Origin: Rhina ancylostomus
Lineage: Eukaryota
Length of the DNA: 63,540 nucleotides
Reading direction: 5' to 3'
NCBI GenBank assembly: GCA_030265395.1
Contig: JARFYF010000029.1
Span: 12,722,052-12,785,591 of the forward strand
Shown here piece by piece: positions 50,767-63,195 of the stretch. Below the pieces are notes generated by a model. That model worked only from the letters and a program-made list of their open reading frames with translations. It ran no database searches and had not been told where the DNA came from. Made by a program: the position numbers and the translations under genes. Within the stretch, counting starts at the first letter, position 1. Each line of letters begins with the position of its first letter.

Positions 50767-52840
50767 TCAGCCAATGTAAAGATGTACGTTTTTGTAAAAT
50801 CCCACCCAGCAGAGTGAATAGGCAGCAGACTTTCTGATGGGCAAATGTTGATGGTGTGTGCACTGGTGAACATGCGGGGCATAATAACAGCCATAACTGG
50901 AACTAACAGGCATTGCCTGCACAAAAACAAACCTAAAATCAAAATAACCCATTCATTGCACTCCATTTTTATGATTTGCATCATTTCAATGGACAGCAAA
51001 GTCTGATTTCAAATCCATGGTGTAATTTCTGGGTTATGGTCAGAGTTACAAGCCTTGAGAGTTTTGCTCTTGTGGTGTTTGAGCCACTTGATTAAATTAC
51101 TGCCTGGTAATCACTTGTATTATTTACTGCATTATATGCAGACACACATATGTCTAAATAAGTAGCAGATGTAGGCCAGTTTTGTGTGTAGTATCTTTGA
51201 CCACTTGTGACTTCAGCTGAGATAAATAAACCAATACCAGGTAACCAGGATATTGTTGTGGGATCACTGCATTTCACATATCAACCCACCAACCCTTTAA
51301 TCATAAATTCAAAGGAAGGTACCTCTCTTAACCAAGATGTAAATTGCCCTATAGATATGTCCATGATTAAACGAGNNNNNNNNNNNNNNNNNNNNTTGAA
51401 TTAATCCTTTAATCCCTTAACACCTGTTTCTCAACATCCCCAAAGCTTTCTCTCCCTCACTTCTTTCATTTTACCTTGCACAATGCATGATATATATTAC
51501 CTCATGCTAAACATTTTTGCCTAATTTATTTGTTTTTCTTTATTCTGAAAAAACTTCAATAATTGGACCTGATGGGGTACAATGACAAACAATTGTTTGT
51601 TGATCTCATTGTTATTGAGAACTGGAGAAAGCAAGGGAGTGGAAGGAGGGCAGAATTTGAGGAGAACATTAGGATCAACTATTTCACTTGGTAACTATCA
51701 GGCCTGTATGCATACACTTCAGAAGGTGTTCTGTTGGATCTGTGCAGACAAATGGACATTCAGATTATCTTCTGAACCTTCAGTTGTTAATTGCAGAGCA
51801 CCTGATATTTTCAAGCCTGGCTTTAGAATTTGAATCTAGAGTTGAGAATAATCATCATTTCTGCAAACAGATTAAAAATGTAAACAATTTATTTACCTTC
51901 TCTACAAGTATCCTGTTCTCTGCTTGAATATGGTTCCAAGGATTTAACTTCACGAAAGTGATTGTACATTATGCGTAAACCTGGGCAGGAAGATTGAGCA
52001 ATCTGTTTTATGGTGCATTCTTTAAAACTGGCCATGATCCTGTTTTCATCTGACATCCACATGTGCTTCTGGTAGCAACATTATAACATCCATATTAAAT
52101 GGGAATCAGAGCCAAATTTTCCTCCCCAGTCAGGAGCACCATGATTAATTACAGCATCAATTGATTCTGCCCAAATTAAAGAACAAATTTTGTCCATTCA
52201 TTAGTTTAATGAACTGAATATTCAGAAGACCCTTGAAGGAATTCTTAGAACTATCTTACTGATGTGGCTTTCATTTTTAAGTACTTATATGTTTCCAATA
52301 ATTCATATAATAAAATTTGACAGATCAATAGTGAAGTGCTGTAGACAGTTACCAAATGCTAAAGCACATTTACAGAATTGCCTTGTATTCACTATATTTT
52401 ACAGGTTGAATCATAAACATTTTAGTAAGGGACACTGAATGTTCCAGACATGAAGACGGTCAGTCCTTCAATAAGTTGCATTCAGAAGTTAAATAACANN
52501 NNNNNNNNNNNNNNNNNNNNNNNNNNNNNNNNNNNNNNNNNNNNNNNNNNNNNNNNNNNNNNNNNNNNNNNNNNNNNNNNNNNNNNNNNNNNNNNNNNNN
52601 NNNNNNNNNNNNNNNNNNNNNNNNNNNNNNNNNNNNNNNNNNNNNNNNNNNNNNNNNNNNNNNNNNNNNNNNNNNNNNNNNNNNNNNNNNNNNNNNNNNN
52701 NNNNNNNNNNNNNNNNNNNNNNNNNNNNNNNNNNNNNNNNNNNNNNNNNNNNNNNNNNNNNNNNNNNNNNNNNNNNNNNNNNNNNNNNNNNNNNNNNNNN
52801 NNNNNNNNNNNNNNNNNNNNNNNNNNNNNNNNNNNNNNNN

Positions 52841-52985
52841 TGCGTGGGTTTCCTCCGGGTGCTCCGGTTTCCTCCCACATTCCAAAGACGTACGGGTAGG
52901 TTAATATGGGGTTTAAAATGGGCAGCGTGGACTCGTTGGGCCAGAAGGGCCTGTTACCATACAGTAAATAAAATTTATTTAATTT
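52841..52985 (+). mobile_element. V-SINE 3' half, same family as 25911-26147
   Basis: High identity by eye to the reverse complement of 25911-26043; the head is lost in the gap. Confidence 0.85.
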
Positions 52986-52999
52986 ACCGTAGTAGCACT

Positions 53000-53490
53000 G
53001 GAGGCCATCCAAAAGAGATTCACCATGCTAATTCCTGGCATAAAAGGATAGTCTTATCGTGAGGGGCTAAAAAAGTTGGATCTGTATTCTTTGGCGTTTA
53101 GAAGAATGAGGGGTGCTCTTATTGAAACATATAAGATCCTGAGGGAGCGTGACAGGGTAGATGTTGAGACGTTTCCACTAATGGGAGAGTCTCAAACGAG
53201 GTAGCATAGATATAAGAGAGCGGTCATTTAAAACAAAGGTGCACAGAAATGTCTTCTTGAAGAAGGTGGTGAACCTTTGAAATTTTCGATCCTAGAGGAT
53301 TGTGGAGACCAGGTCACTGGAGGTATTTGAAGTGGAGGTAGATAAATTTTTGAAAGATCAGGGAGTTGAGACCAATGGGGAACTGGCACAGAAGAGGAGA
53401 TGAGGCCCGAGGCAAATCAGTCATGATCATATTGAATGCAGGGCAGACTCGAAGGACCTATTCCCGCTCCTATTTCCTTGTGTTCTTGAG
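53000..53490 (+). mobile_element. CR1 3' fragment
   Basis: agattcaccatgctaattcctgg...tagaagaatgaggggtgctcttattgaaacatataagatcctgaggg...tcctatttccttgtgttcttg. Confidence 0.8.
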
Positions 53491-53708
53491 CTCCATCCCA
53501 TATCACCAGCACAATGATAATAATGAAGACCCAGACAATAAGATTGACTATGAGACTACTTGTAACTGTGTTGAATGTCTGTTTTTCTATTTGCTGTTAC
53601 TTTCCTGGCGTCTGCTTGTGGCTACCCTGTTTTGGTGACTAGTTGTTCTTCAATGACAATGTCTGCAGCACAGAGGGTTTCATCTGCCGCAATGCTCTTT
53701 TGCTTTAG

Positions 53709-53864
53709 GAATGGTTCTTCCACATCTGAGGATCTCTTTTGGAAGCTGGATGCTCTACAGATGTTCGTCTATGATCTGCACTGGCCCGAGCCTGAATTTG
53801 CCCAACATCTGGACCAAAGACTCAAACTCATGGCCAGTGATATGATCGAGGCCTGTGTGAAAAG
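53709..53864 (+). CDS. CADPS2: CADPS2 coding exon ([52 protein letters not shown])
   Basis: tgctttAG|g ... aaag|GTaggt; 156 nt, phase 2 to 2; [15 protein letters not shown] is CAPS2-type. Confidence 0.96.
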
Positions 53865-54734
53865 GTAGGTGTGGCTGGTCAAACTGGAATTGCGTCACAG
53901 ATTAATGCTTTACAACTAGGGATGCAAACTTTTATACATGGAGGACCAATTTCAAATCACAGCAGAAGACCATGGTTTGAAGTACCGACGGCACTCAGTG
54001 AGCCTGAGAGACCATCAGAAACATTCGGGCACATGCAACAACATCAGACAGCTCGCGACCCTAATTTGCTATCACACACGTGAAATTTTATTGCCCTACA
54101 GGTCTCTCAAGAATACTGAAGTACATCTTAACCATGAGGATAGGGCTTTCTTCAGTATTAATTAAAGGCATCCACCCTGCCTGGAAAGCTGCCAGAGGGT
54201 ACATGGCATCCATCTTCCTCTATGTGGGAGCCTCCTTTAAATTCCCCACCCACATGTCTGTCCAAAACTCCACCCCCATCATCTGCCCAATTTCCCCCAC
54301 TTCCTAACAAATCATCTAACCACCCCACTGTCCCCTAGCACTGAACAAGACACTGAACAATACATTATGACCTCCCGGGTTTATACAGTCATGGGAGGGA
54401 ATGATATTGTAAGAAAAATGTTTCCAAAATGCAGCTTAAAACAAATACATCTTTACGAGGAAGAACATTCATGTAAACCAAGCTGTATTTATAAAGTAAA
54501 TTGGAGATTTTCTTCTCCCCTCAGATATGACAACAAAAGGGAAATGTTGTCTCTTGGGAATATAATCCTTTCAGTTGCAGTTCCCATAAATGTACTTAAG
54601 GAATAGTTGCGTTAGATTGACAACTTAATGAAAGCCTTAGGCTCTGAGTCTTGGTTACGTGTGGATAAAAAGGTGTTTGTTTCTGTTATACTGGATTACT
54701 AAACTCCCCTGACAGCTCAATGAGTTGATCATTG

Positions 54735-55420
54735 AATCACAGAAATTTTTGGCACAGAATGGAGGCCATGTGGTCCTTCATGTCCGTGCTGTCAGATAAA
54801 GGATCCTTATTGGTGAGTCCCCTTCCCCATCTCTCAGCCCACAGTCTTGTAGGTGATGGCTCATCAAGTGCTTATCCAGGTAGTTTTTTCAACGTGATAG
54901 CTTTCTACCCCCAACAACAATTAAAGCAGTGAGTTTTGGATTATCTGAGTGAAGATTTTCTTCAACTTTCTGCCAATCATTCTACCCATCTTAAATCTGT
55001 GCTCTTTGGTTACATTTCGCTACTAAGAGAAATTGGCCCTTTGCCCTTTCCTAACCTTACACAGCTCAGTTAAATCCATCTGTCAACTCCTTTGCTTCAA
55101 AGAAAACAATCCCAGTTTCTTCATTATGAAATTTCTCCAATCCTGGCCACATCCTGCACCTAACCATCATATTCTTCAGATTATATGGTGACCAATAATA
55201 CAAAAAGCTCTCTAGCTGTGGCCCAACTTAGTGTTTTATACAATACTACTATGACCTCTCTGCTCACCTATTCTGGGCCTCAACTGATATAAGTAAGTAT
55301 CTCGTATGTATTGTTAATGACCTTAACCGCCTGCCCTGCTATCTTCAGGAAGCTATGGACATGCACTCAGAATCCTCAGTCCCTCTTAGCATCCTACTCT
55401 TTATGGTGTGTTTCCTTCAT
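54735..55420 (-). mobile_element. Old CR1 remnant
   Basis: aatcacagaa..ggaggccat tail and ctttgcttcaaagaaaacaatcccagttt (LGLFSL on the minus strand). Confidence 0.6.
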
Positions 55421-55909
55421 CCAGTGAGTAGTTGGGTCATTCAGACCTGGAAAATGGCAGAGTAAACTGATTTCAAATGAGTCAGCAGCAGCAGAGGTTC
55501 CACTGGTGATTTCAACATGTCTGGATAAAACATGGTAAAGTCAAAATCCAGGAAACATTGCATAAATGGGCCTCTGTGGACTTTGGGGAGAACTATTCAC
55601 ATCTCACATAGAAGAAGAAATTCCAGACATGTGCCAGTATTTGTCAAATCTCCAAGTCAGCACAAGGAGGAAGACAGTTTGCATTTTGTAAAGAGGTGCA
55701 GATGCAAGAATATTATTTTAAAGGGTTCTTTCATTCTGCTAAACATTAGCTGAAAAATGCCCAACTGTTTTGGATCAGGATTAGAAAATGTTTTGTAACN
55801 NNNNNNNNNNNNNNNNNNNNNNNNNNNNNNNNNNNNNNNNNNNNATGCAATATAAGTAAACAACTCTGTCAACTCGTGAGAAATGGAAGTACCTGACTGG
55901 ATCCTTGTA

Positions 55910-57058
55910 GAATCAAGTTTATTATCACTGACATATGATGTAAAATTTGTTGTTTTGCAGCAGCCGTACAACGCAAAGACATAAAAATCTATAAATTACA
56001 AAAATAAACACATAGTGCAAAAAATAAGGAATAATGAGGTAGTGTTCATGGGTTCATGGATGGTGGAGGGGAAGAATTGTTGAGTACAGGCCTTCAGGCT
56101 CCTGTGTTTCTCCCTGATGGCAGTAATGAGAAGAAGGCATGTCCTCAATGGTGAGGGTCAATGATAGATGCTGCCTTCTTGAGGCACCGCCTCTTGAAGA
56201 TGTCCTCAATGGTGGGGAGGGTTGTGCCTGTGATGGAGCTGGCTAAGTTTATAACCCTCCACAGCCTCTTGTGATCCTGTGCATTGGAGCCTCCATACCA
56301 GGCTGTGATGCAACCAGTCAGAATGCTTTCCACCGTACATCTATAGAAATTTGTAAAAGTGTCTGGTAACATACCAAATCTCCTCAAACTCCTAATGAAG
56401 TAGAGCCACTGGAGTGCCTTCTTCGTGATTTCATCAAAGTGTTGGGCCCAGGATAGATCCTCTGAGATGTCGACACCCAGGAATTTGAAGCTGCTCACCC
56501 TTTCTACCACTGACCTCTCAATGAAGACTGGTGTATGTTCTCCCAACCTCCTCTTCCTGAAGTCTTCCTCGGTCTTGCTGATGTTGAGCATGAGGTGGTT
56601 GTTGTAATACCGCTCAACCGGTTGATCTATCTCACTCTTATAAGCCTCCTCATCGCCATCTGAGATTCTACCAATATCAGTGGTGTCATCGGCGAATTTC
56701 TAGATGGTGTTTGAACTGTGCTTAGCCACACAGTCATGTGTAGAGAGAGTAGAGCAGTGGGCTAAGCACCCATCCTTGAGGTGTGCCTGTGTTGATAGTC
56801 AGCAAGGAGGAGATGTTATTGCCAATCTGCACTGACTGTGGTCTCCCTATAAGGAAGTCAAGGATCCAGTCGAGGGAGGTATAGAGGCCCAGGTTTTAAA
56901 GCTTGGTTATTTGTACTGAGGGAATGATGGTGTTGAACGCTGAGCTGTAATCAATAAACAGCAGCCTGACATATGTCTTGCAGTTGTCTAGGTGCTCCAA
57001 ATCAGAGTGGACAGCCAGTGAGATTGCTTCTGCTGTAGGCCTGTTGTGGTGGAAGGCA
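55910..57058 (-). mobile_element. Rex1/Babar LINE, RT domain and C-terminus, pseudogenised
   Basis: ORF 56145-56591 VERVSSFKFLGVDISEDLSW...FYRCTVESILTGCITAWYG; upstream KFADDT (aaattcgccgatgacacc on minus) and PQG.vLSPLLYSL. Confidence 0.9.
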
Positions 57059-57559
57059 CAACAGTTCAGTATGAGTTAGGAATCAGGTACATAATTTTGT
57101 ACAGTTAGTGCAAAGAAATGAGAGAACCTGAAGCAACTGGATTGGAAAAGGTTGACTACAAACAACAGTTCACAAGTGGGAAAGTGCATTTATCTTTATC
57201 AATGACCAGGACAGTCAATCACACATCCCACTGTGCCATTCTAGTCTTTGCTACTGGTTGCACTAGAACTTCTGGGCAATGGTATCCCAGATTAACAAAC
57301 AAACGGCATCAAAACCTTCAGAGGAGAAGCCAGGATTTTAGAAAGATAAATTTTAAAAAACATAAATAAAGCAGAACCCTGAATACAAAGACTAAAAGGA
57401 ACTATCTTTTTTTATGTACCAGAACAATGAGGAAGCATTCAGAACAGATACGAAAGACTGAATTTAAAAGAAAAAATATTCCAAATGATTATTTCCACCA
57501 GGGTTTCCAAGAGAAGTCAGAAGCAACATTCCATCCTTGTAAGGAGCTAGTTTAAGTTA

Positions 57560-58045
57560 ATGAGTGCTACAAATGAGATGGCTGATGAGGCTCAACACCT
57601 GGAGGAGGTTGGTGGTTCTCCAAGTGTTGAGAAAGACGAGGAAGGAGCTTGGTGAGGCACTAATGTAATTATCAGGAAATGACTGTGGACTGGAAATGGG
57701 CATAAATGTGACCCTTTTTTTCAAAAAAGATGCTAATTCAGGTGCAAACAAGAACAGACCTTATAGTTTTATTCCCATTTTAATTAAAGTAACCAAATTG
57801 ATCATCAGAAATACTTGATTATCTGTATGAGAATAACCTGATAAATAACAATCAATTTTTATAAGTGATTCTTCTTAGTAATTTCCTCTTCATCTTCAAA
57901 ATAGTAGATTGTGCAAAGCCATGTGATATTATTTACTTGGATTTATAAAAAGCATTTAACAAAGTTCCATGTGATGAATTATTAATTAGATTCAAAACAC
58001 TCTGAATTCAGGGTAAACCCTTAGAATGATAAGAAAGCAGTTGGA
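57560..58045 (+). mobile_element. Very old CR1 RT remnant
   Basis: gactggaaatgggc..aatgtgaccctttttttcaaaaaag (DWK.ANVTP.FKK) and gatattatttacttggatttataaaaagcatttaacaaagttcca (DIIYLDF.KAF.KVP). Confidence 0.65.
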
Positions 58046-58069
58046 ATGCAGCAAATATGCCTGTTAACT

Positions 58070-58365
58070 GTTCATAGAATCATACAGCAGAGAAACGAGC
58101 CCTTTCAGCCCCCCTTGTACATGCTGATCATGATTCCTACATTTGCTAATCCCATTTGCCTGCATCAGGCCCGTGTGTTTTTCCTATCTAAGAATCTCTC
58201 CAAATGCCTTTTAAATGTTGTAATCGCATCTGCTCCACTACTTCCTCTGCAGCTCATTCCAGATAACCACTACCTTCTGTGTGGAAGAACTTACCCTTCA
58301 GATCTCCTTTAAACTTCTCCCCCTACCTTAAACTTGTACATTGTAGTTCCAGACTCCACTGTCCT
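58070..58365 (-). mobile_element. CR1 3' end
   Basis: catagaatcatacagca..gccctttcagccc..ccaaatgccttttaaatg..cagatctcctttaaac. Confidence 0.7.
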
Positions 58366-58777
58366 ATTGTAAAATGAGGAACTGCTGATCAGTTATTTGC
58401 TGACTGACCAACCAGAAGAGCCAACTCCCCACCATACACATATTCCTTTCTCTCCCCCTTCCTCTTTCTACCCTTCATTTTCCTCCTCCTGCTCTATGGC
58501 TGCCGACTAGGGCTGACTGGGAGGATTACCAGGTTGTGCAGTGCACAATGAAGCACAATAGATTTGCAAGGCCCATACTGTACACTGCAGGGTTCCTTCA
58601 ATGTGCTGCAGTTACATCCGTGGTATGCTTGAAGAGGTTGCAGCTAGCAACGTAGCTTTCATCATTCTAGGCATCCTCTTGTGGGCTGAAGGGCCTGTAC
58701 TGTGTTGTAACGTTCTATGTTCCTGTGTGCAGAATGGTGCATGGAAGTCAGGTGCTGAAAGGATAATCCTTGTCTTC

Positions 58778-59080
58778 TTTTCAGTGTGCTGTGGTATATA
58801 TTGTGTTGTGGTCTGGTGTGAATTTAGTTGCAGTGTGGTTTGCATTGTGGAGTAGCACGTGTTGTGAGGTGTGAGGTGTTTTGATATGGTGTGCCCTATG
58901 TTCTGCTGTACTGTGGCATGTGTTAAAGTGTCACATGCCTCATAGCATCTCATGTGTGTTATGGCTTTGTGTATGTTGTGGCAATGTGTTTATATAGTTG
59001 CTGTATGGCATGTGTTCCGTTTTGATGTGGCAAGTGTAGTGGCAAATGCAACCATGTGAAGTATTGTGGCATCTATGGCT
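58778..59080. repeat. TG-rich pentamer-derived repeat; left arm of a long inverted repeat
   Basis: Reverse complement of 60830-61040. Confidence 0.8.
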
Positions 59081-59149
59081 ACAGCCTGGAAAGATCATTA
59101 ATTGATGGGCTCTGATATCTTAGGACCATTGGCTGCATGGTTCTGACCC

Positions 59150-59552
59150 TGCTCTACAGTTGTGGCTGCAGTATTTGCCTTTTCTTTATTTGAAGCTTCT
59201 GCCCATCTCCTCTCCTCCCCTCCCCCATCCCTTATTCCATGGTCCACTGCCCTCTCCTACCGGATTCCTTCTTCTTCAGCCCTTGGTCTCTTCTACCTAT
59301 CACCTCTCAGCTCATTACATCTTCGCCTCTTCCCACACCCACTACCTTCACTCCCCTCTCACCTGGACTCACCTATCACCTGAACTCACCCATCACCTGC
59401 CTGCGTGTGCTCCTCCCCCTCCCCCCACCATCTTATTCTGGCGTCTGCCCTCTTCCTTTCCAGTCCAGATGAAGGGTCTCCGCCCAAAACGTTTATTTCC
59501 CTCCGTGGATGCCGCCTGACCTACTGAGTTCCTCCAGCACTTTTTGTGTATT
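59150..59552 (+). mobile_element. Penelope-like 3'/terminal-repeat segment with a degenerate hammerhead core
   Basis: C/T-rich stretch, then cagtc-CAGATGA-agggtctccgccc-AAAAC-GTT and gcctgacctactgagttcctccagcactttttgtgta. Confidence 0.75.
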
Positions 59553-60354
59553 AAAACGGTTTCCTAATACACTTCCTCTCTCTGAGATGGACTTGGGGGG
59601 GGAGTTACCTCCTGAATGTGTGCGTCGTGACAATCAATCATGTGCTGCGGTGAAGCCATCCATCAGAGGTGTTCAGCAACAGCCTGTGGGTCCCTTTCTG
59701 CATTCAAACCTGATCAAAGACAGTTGGCTGTAATTGAAGGAACTCTTCCGAGACAATAACAGGTGGTGTGGTGTCAACCAACCTCCCGTTCAGCTCACCA
59801 GCCCTAATGAATCTCTTGCCAACTGAGCCTCGGCAGTGGTTTCTGACAGCTGGGAAGGAACTAGAGAAACAAAATAATAATTAAAGCAAAACTACTAGAA
59901 ATTAGATAACTTTTAGTAATAAGGCCCACTTATATTTTGTGTACTGGAGAATTCATCTTGCAGCTAAATTGGACTGCAGATGCCCTTCAGATTAGGCTGC
60001 TTTGAGTTTTCTGTGATGGTGTTACTTTCATAACCTTGAAGGTGTTAATGGGGGATTTGGGTTATTAATTCCAAATGTTTTGATCCCTACTGTAACTGTC
60101 TTCTTGCTCCCAAACTCTGTTAGCTCTCAATTTAATGGAGAATTGTAATGGGCACTTAGTATGGAGATATGTAAATGTTGTCAAGCACACTTGTAATCGC
60201 AGGGGGTGCAGGGTTGCAATTGCATTGACTGGGTTTGCAAAAACCTTTCTTTGTGTTGGAACTTTGCCCCTGAAAGGGAAATTCCACAAAGATTTCAGTT
60301 CTAAATGTCAAACCTTTAATACCTTTTTATTACTATTTTCCACAGGGCAAAGTA

Positions 60355-61040
60355 TGCACAAACATGCACACCACACATCATGCAGTAACACCCACCACTC
60401 CACAACACGTACTATGTCACAACATAACACAGATGCCACACCACAATATTACATGCCCATGTCACAACAGACACCACAGTGCAACACCTGCACATCAAAC
60501 CACAACACAAGCCACACCACACCCTACCCTACCCTAATGCTATATACACCATGCCTCAACATGTTGCACTGCAATTCACGCCACGCCAAAACACAAGCCA
60601 TACCACAATACCTGCCGCACCATAATACAACACGCCCTACTGCTACACACACATATCAGACCACAACACACGCCATACCATAATGCAACACATACCAAGC
60701 ATCAGCACTTTCCATGCCACAACGCCATTCACACTGCACCATGCAAACCACACCAGCAAAGACCCCACTCCGTGACATTGCACAATACACATCATGTCAA
60801 AACATGCACCATGACACAAAACACACAAGGCCATTACACTTGCCTCATCATAACAGAACATGCACCATACTGCAACTGAATATACACATTGCCACAACAT
60901 ACGTCAAGCCAGAACACAGGACGCGCTATAACAAAACCCCTCACACTATAACACAACACACGCTACCCCACAATGCAGACCACACTGCAACTAAATTCAC
61001 GCCAAACCACAACATAATATACACTATAACACATTGGAAA
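60355..61040. repeat. CA-rich pentamer-derived repeat (cacaa/ccaca); right arm
   Basis: Pentamer periodicity; the distal 210 bp pair with 58778-59043. Source of the His/Thr-rich ORFs. Confidence 0.8.
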
Positions 61041-61062
61041 TGAGCACTGGTTAGTAGGTTTA

Positions 61063-61505
61063 ATTGGTATTGGTATTGGTTTATTATTGTCACTTGTACC
61101 AAAGTACAGAGTAAAAATTGTCTTGCATACCGATCGTACAAGTCAATTCATTACACAGTGCAATTACATTGGGTTAGTACAGAGTGCATTGATGTAGTAC
61201 AGGTAAAAACAATAACAGNNNNNNNNNNNNNNNNNNNNNNNNNNNNNNNNNNNNNNNNNNNNNNNNNNNNNNNNNNNNNNNNNNNNNNNNNNNNNNNNNN
61301 NNNNNNNNNNNNNNNNNNNNNNNNNNNNNNNNNNNNNNNNNNNNNNNNNNNNNNNACCGTTCAATAGTCTTATCACAGTGGGGTAGAAGCTGTCTTTAAG
61401 TCTGGTGGTACTTGCCCTCAGGGTCCTGTATCTTCTACCTAAAGGAAGAGGAGAGAAGAGGGAATGACCCAAGTGGGTGGGGTCTTTGATTATGCTGGCT
61501 GCTTC
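61063..61505 (-). mobile_element. Rex1/Babar LINE 3' end
   Basis: EAASIIKDPTHLGHSLFSPLPLGRRYRTLRASTTRLKDSFYPTVIRLLN; AATAAA followed by an (ACCAAT)n tail. Confidence 0.85.
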
Positions 61506-62009
61506 AATTTTATGCAATTTAATGCAATTTAAATTATGCACTTCCATTTTTCCACTTAAATATGGGCTAAGGTTTTCTATTCCTTTACTGATTTTGTTCT
61601 TGTCGAGCCTATTTTCATGAGGACTATTTTAGAGTGTAGTTGAAAATTATTCTAATCATGCTCACTTCTCCCAAACATCTGCCAGAGCTCAATCCCTGGT
61701 CTCACTGGTGAAAGACCCAGAAATGGCTGGCCAGGCAATGAGCTGGAGTTGATACGTGGCCCCTGGAGTTTCCACAACAGCATGATTGACTTGGGTTTAT
61801 GGAATTGATTGTAACAGCACCCCCACCATTCCACATTGGATTTAGGGTACAGTCCTTATTGTCAGATTTATCACTTCCATCATTCCCTGCTCTTTGATTA
61901 TGAGTGGCCTTGGAATAACTATTCCAAAGTAAGGTGGAAGGTGTCATGACCAAATTTATCATCAGCATCAGCAACCTTGCCAGGTCATTCATATACATTG
62001 TAAAAAGTC

Positions 62010-62284
62010 AAAAGGTGGGAGGGGAAAGATTTAAAGGGGATCTGAGGGGCAACTTCTTCGCACAGGGGCTGATGGGTATATGGAACAAGCTGCCAGAGGA
62101 AGTGGTGGGGCAGGTTCAATTACGACATTTAAAATTAATTTGGACAGGTACATGGATAGGAAAGCTTCAGAGGGATATGAGCCAAATGCAGGCAAATGTG
62201 ACTAGCTCAGGTAGGCAACTTGGTCGGGATGGTCAAGTTGGGCTGAAGACCCTGTTTCTGCGCTGCACAACTCTAGGTTTCTAA
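62010..62284 (+). mobile_element. CR1 3' end ~45 bp upstream of the exon 62331 acceptor
   Basis: KVGGERFKGDLRGNFFAQ..GIWNKLPEEVV; tail gggctgaagaccctgtttctg. Confidence 0.85.
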
Positions 62285-62330
62285 TATCAGTCGACTCTGA
62301 ATAATTGTGCTCCTTCTTTACACAAAACAG

Positions 62331-62478
62331 AACAAGGATTGCATTTGAAGTCAAGTTGCAAAAACTGAACAAGTCCACAGATTTGCGTGTTCCTTCTTCT
62401 GTCTGTACAATGTTCAATGTGCTTGTGGACGCAAAGAAACAATCGACAAAGCTCTGCATTTTGGAAGGAGCACAAGAG
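62331..62478 (+). CDS. CADPS2: CADPS2 coding exon ([49 protein letters not shown])
   Basis: aaacAG|a ... gag|GTaggc; 148 nt, phase 2 to 0; [18 protein letters not shown] matches CAPS2. Confidence 0.96.
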
Positions 62479-62679
62479 GTAGGCCTTCATTTTTAATTAC
62501 CTCTTCAATTATAATTTCTGTTTTCCACTCTGTTTGCATTGTGTTTTTCCAAATGTCATTTCACTGGAACTCAATTCAACAATAGTTATACAAATTGAAA
62601 TACTTTAAAACAATTTCAATTACACCTTGGGTAATTGACCCCTCCTGGCTGCTCCACCTCCCAATAAGATCATGACCGA

Positions 62680-62890
62680 GAAACAGGACTGCAGATGCTG
62701 GAATCTAGAGGAAAAACACTATGATGCTGGAGGAACTCAGCAGGCCAGGCAGCATCTGTGGNNNNNNNNNNNNNNNNNNNNNNNNNNNNNNNNNNNNNNN
62801 NNNNNNNNNNNNNNNNNNNNNNNNNNNNNNNNNNNNNNNNNNNNNNNNNNNNNNNNNNNNNAACAGCACCTCATTTCCCACTTGAGGTAA
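62680..62890. mobile_element. Penelope-like element, mostly in a gap
   Basis: ctgcagatgctggaatct..gctggaggaactcagcaggccaggcagcatctgtgg[N]aacagcacctcatttccc; QHLI..L resembles the GIY-YIG C-terminal EEQHLIFRL. Confidence 0.65.
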
Positions 62891-63061
62891 TCCCCCCACC
62901 CCCCCCCCCCCCTGTGGCTCTGACTTCAACTCTGCATTCTCCCCTACCCCTGATAATCTTCCAACTTTTTGTCAAGCATCTATCTACCACTGCCTTACAA
63001 ATATTCAAAGACTCTGTTTCCACCTTGTTTTGGTGAAGGAATTTCCAAAGACCCATAACCC

Positions 63062-63195
63062 TACTCAGCAGGTCAGGCTGGATCTGTGGGAAGAGAAACA
63101 GTCTGTTGAAGGGTCTTTGAAATGTTAACTCTGTTTCTCTACCCACTGATGTGGCCTGACCTGCTGAGTACTTTCTGCATTTTCTGTTTCTGTTT
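63062..63195. mobile_element. Small Penelope-like fold-back
   Basis: TACTCAGCAGGTCAGGC (63062-63078) and GCCTGACCTGCTGAGTA (63154-63170) are perfect inverted repeats around ctgttgaagggtctttgaaatgtt. Confidence 0.7.

Noticed and set aside
60135-61043. His/Thr-rich ORFs of 182 and 109 aa
   Set aside because: Translation of the CA-rich pentamer repeat.
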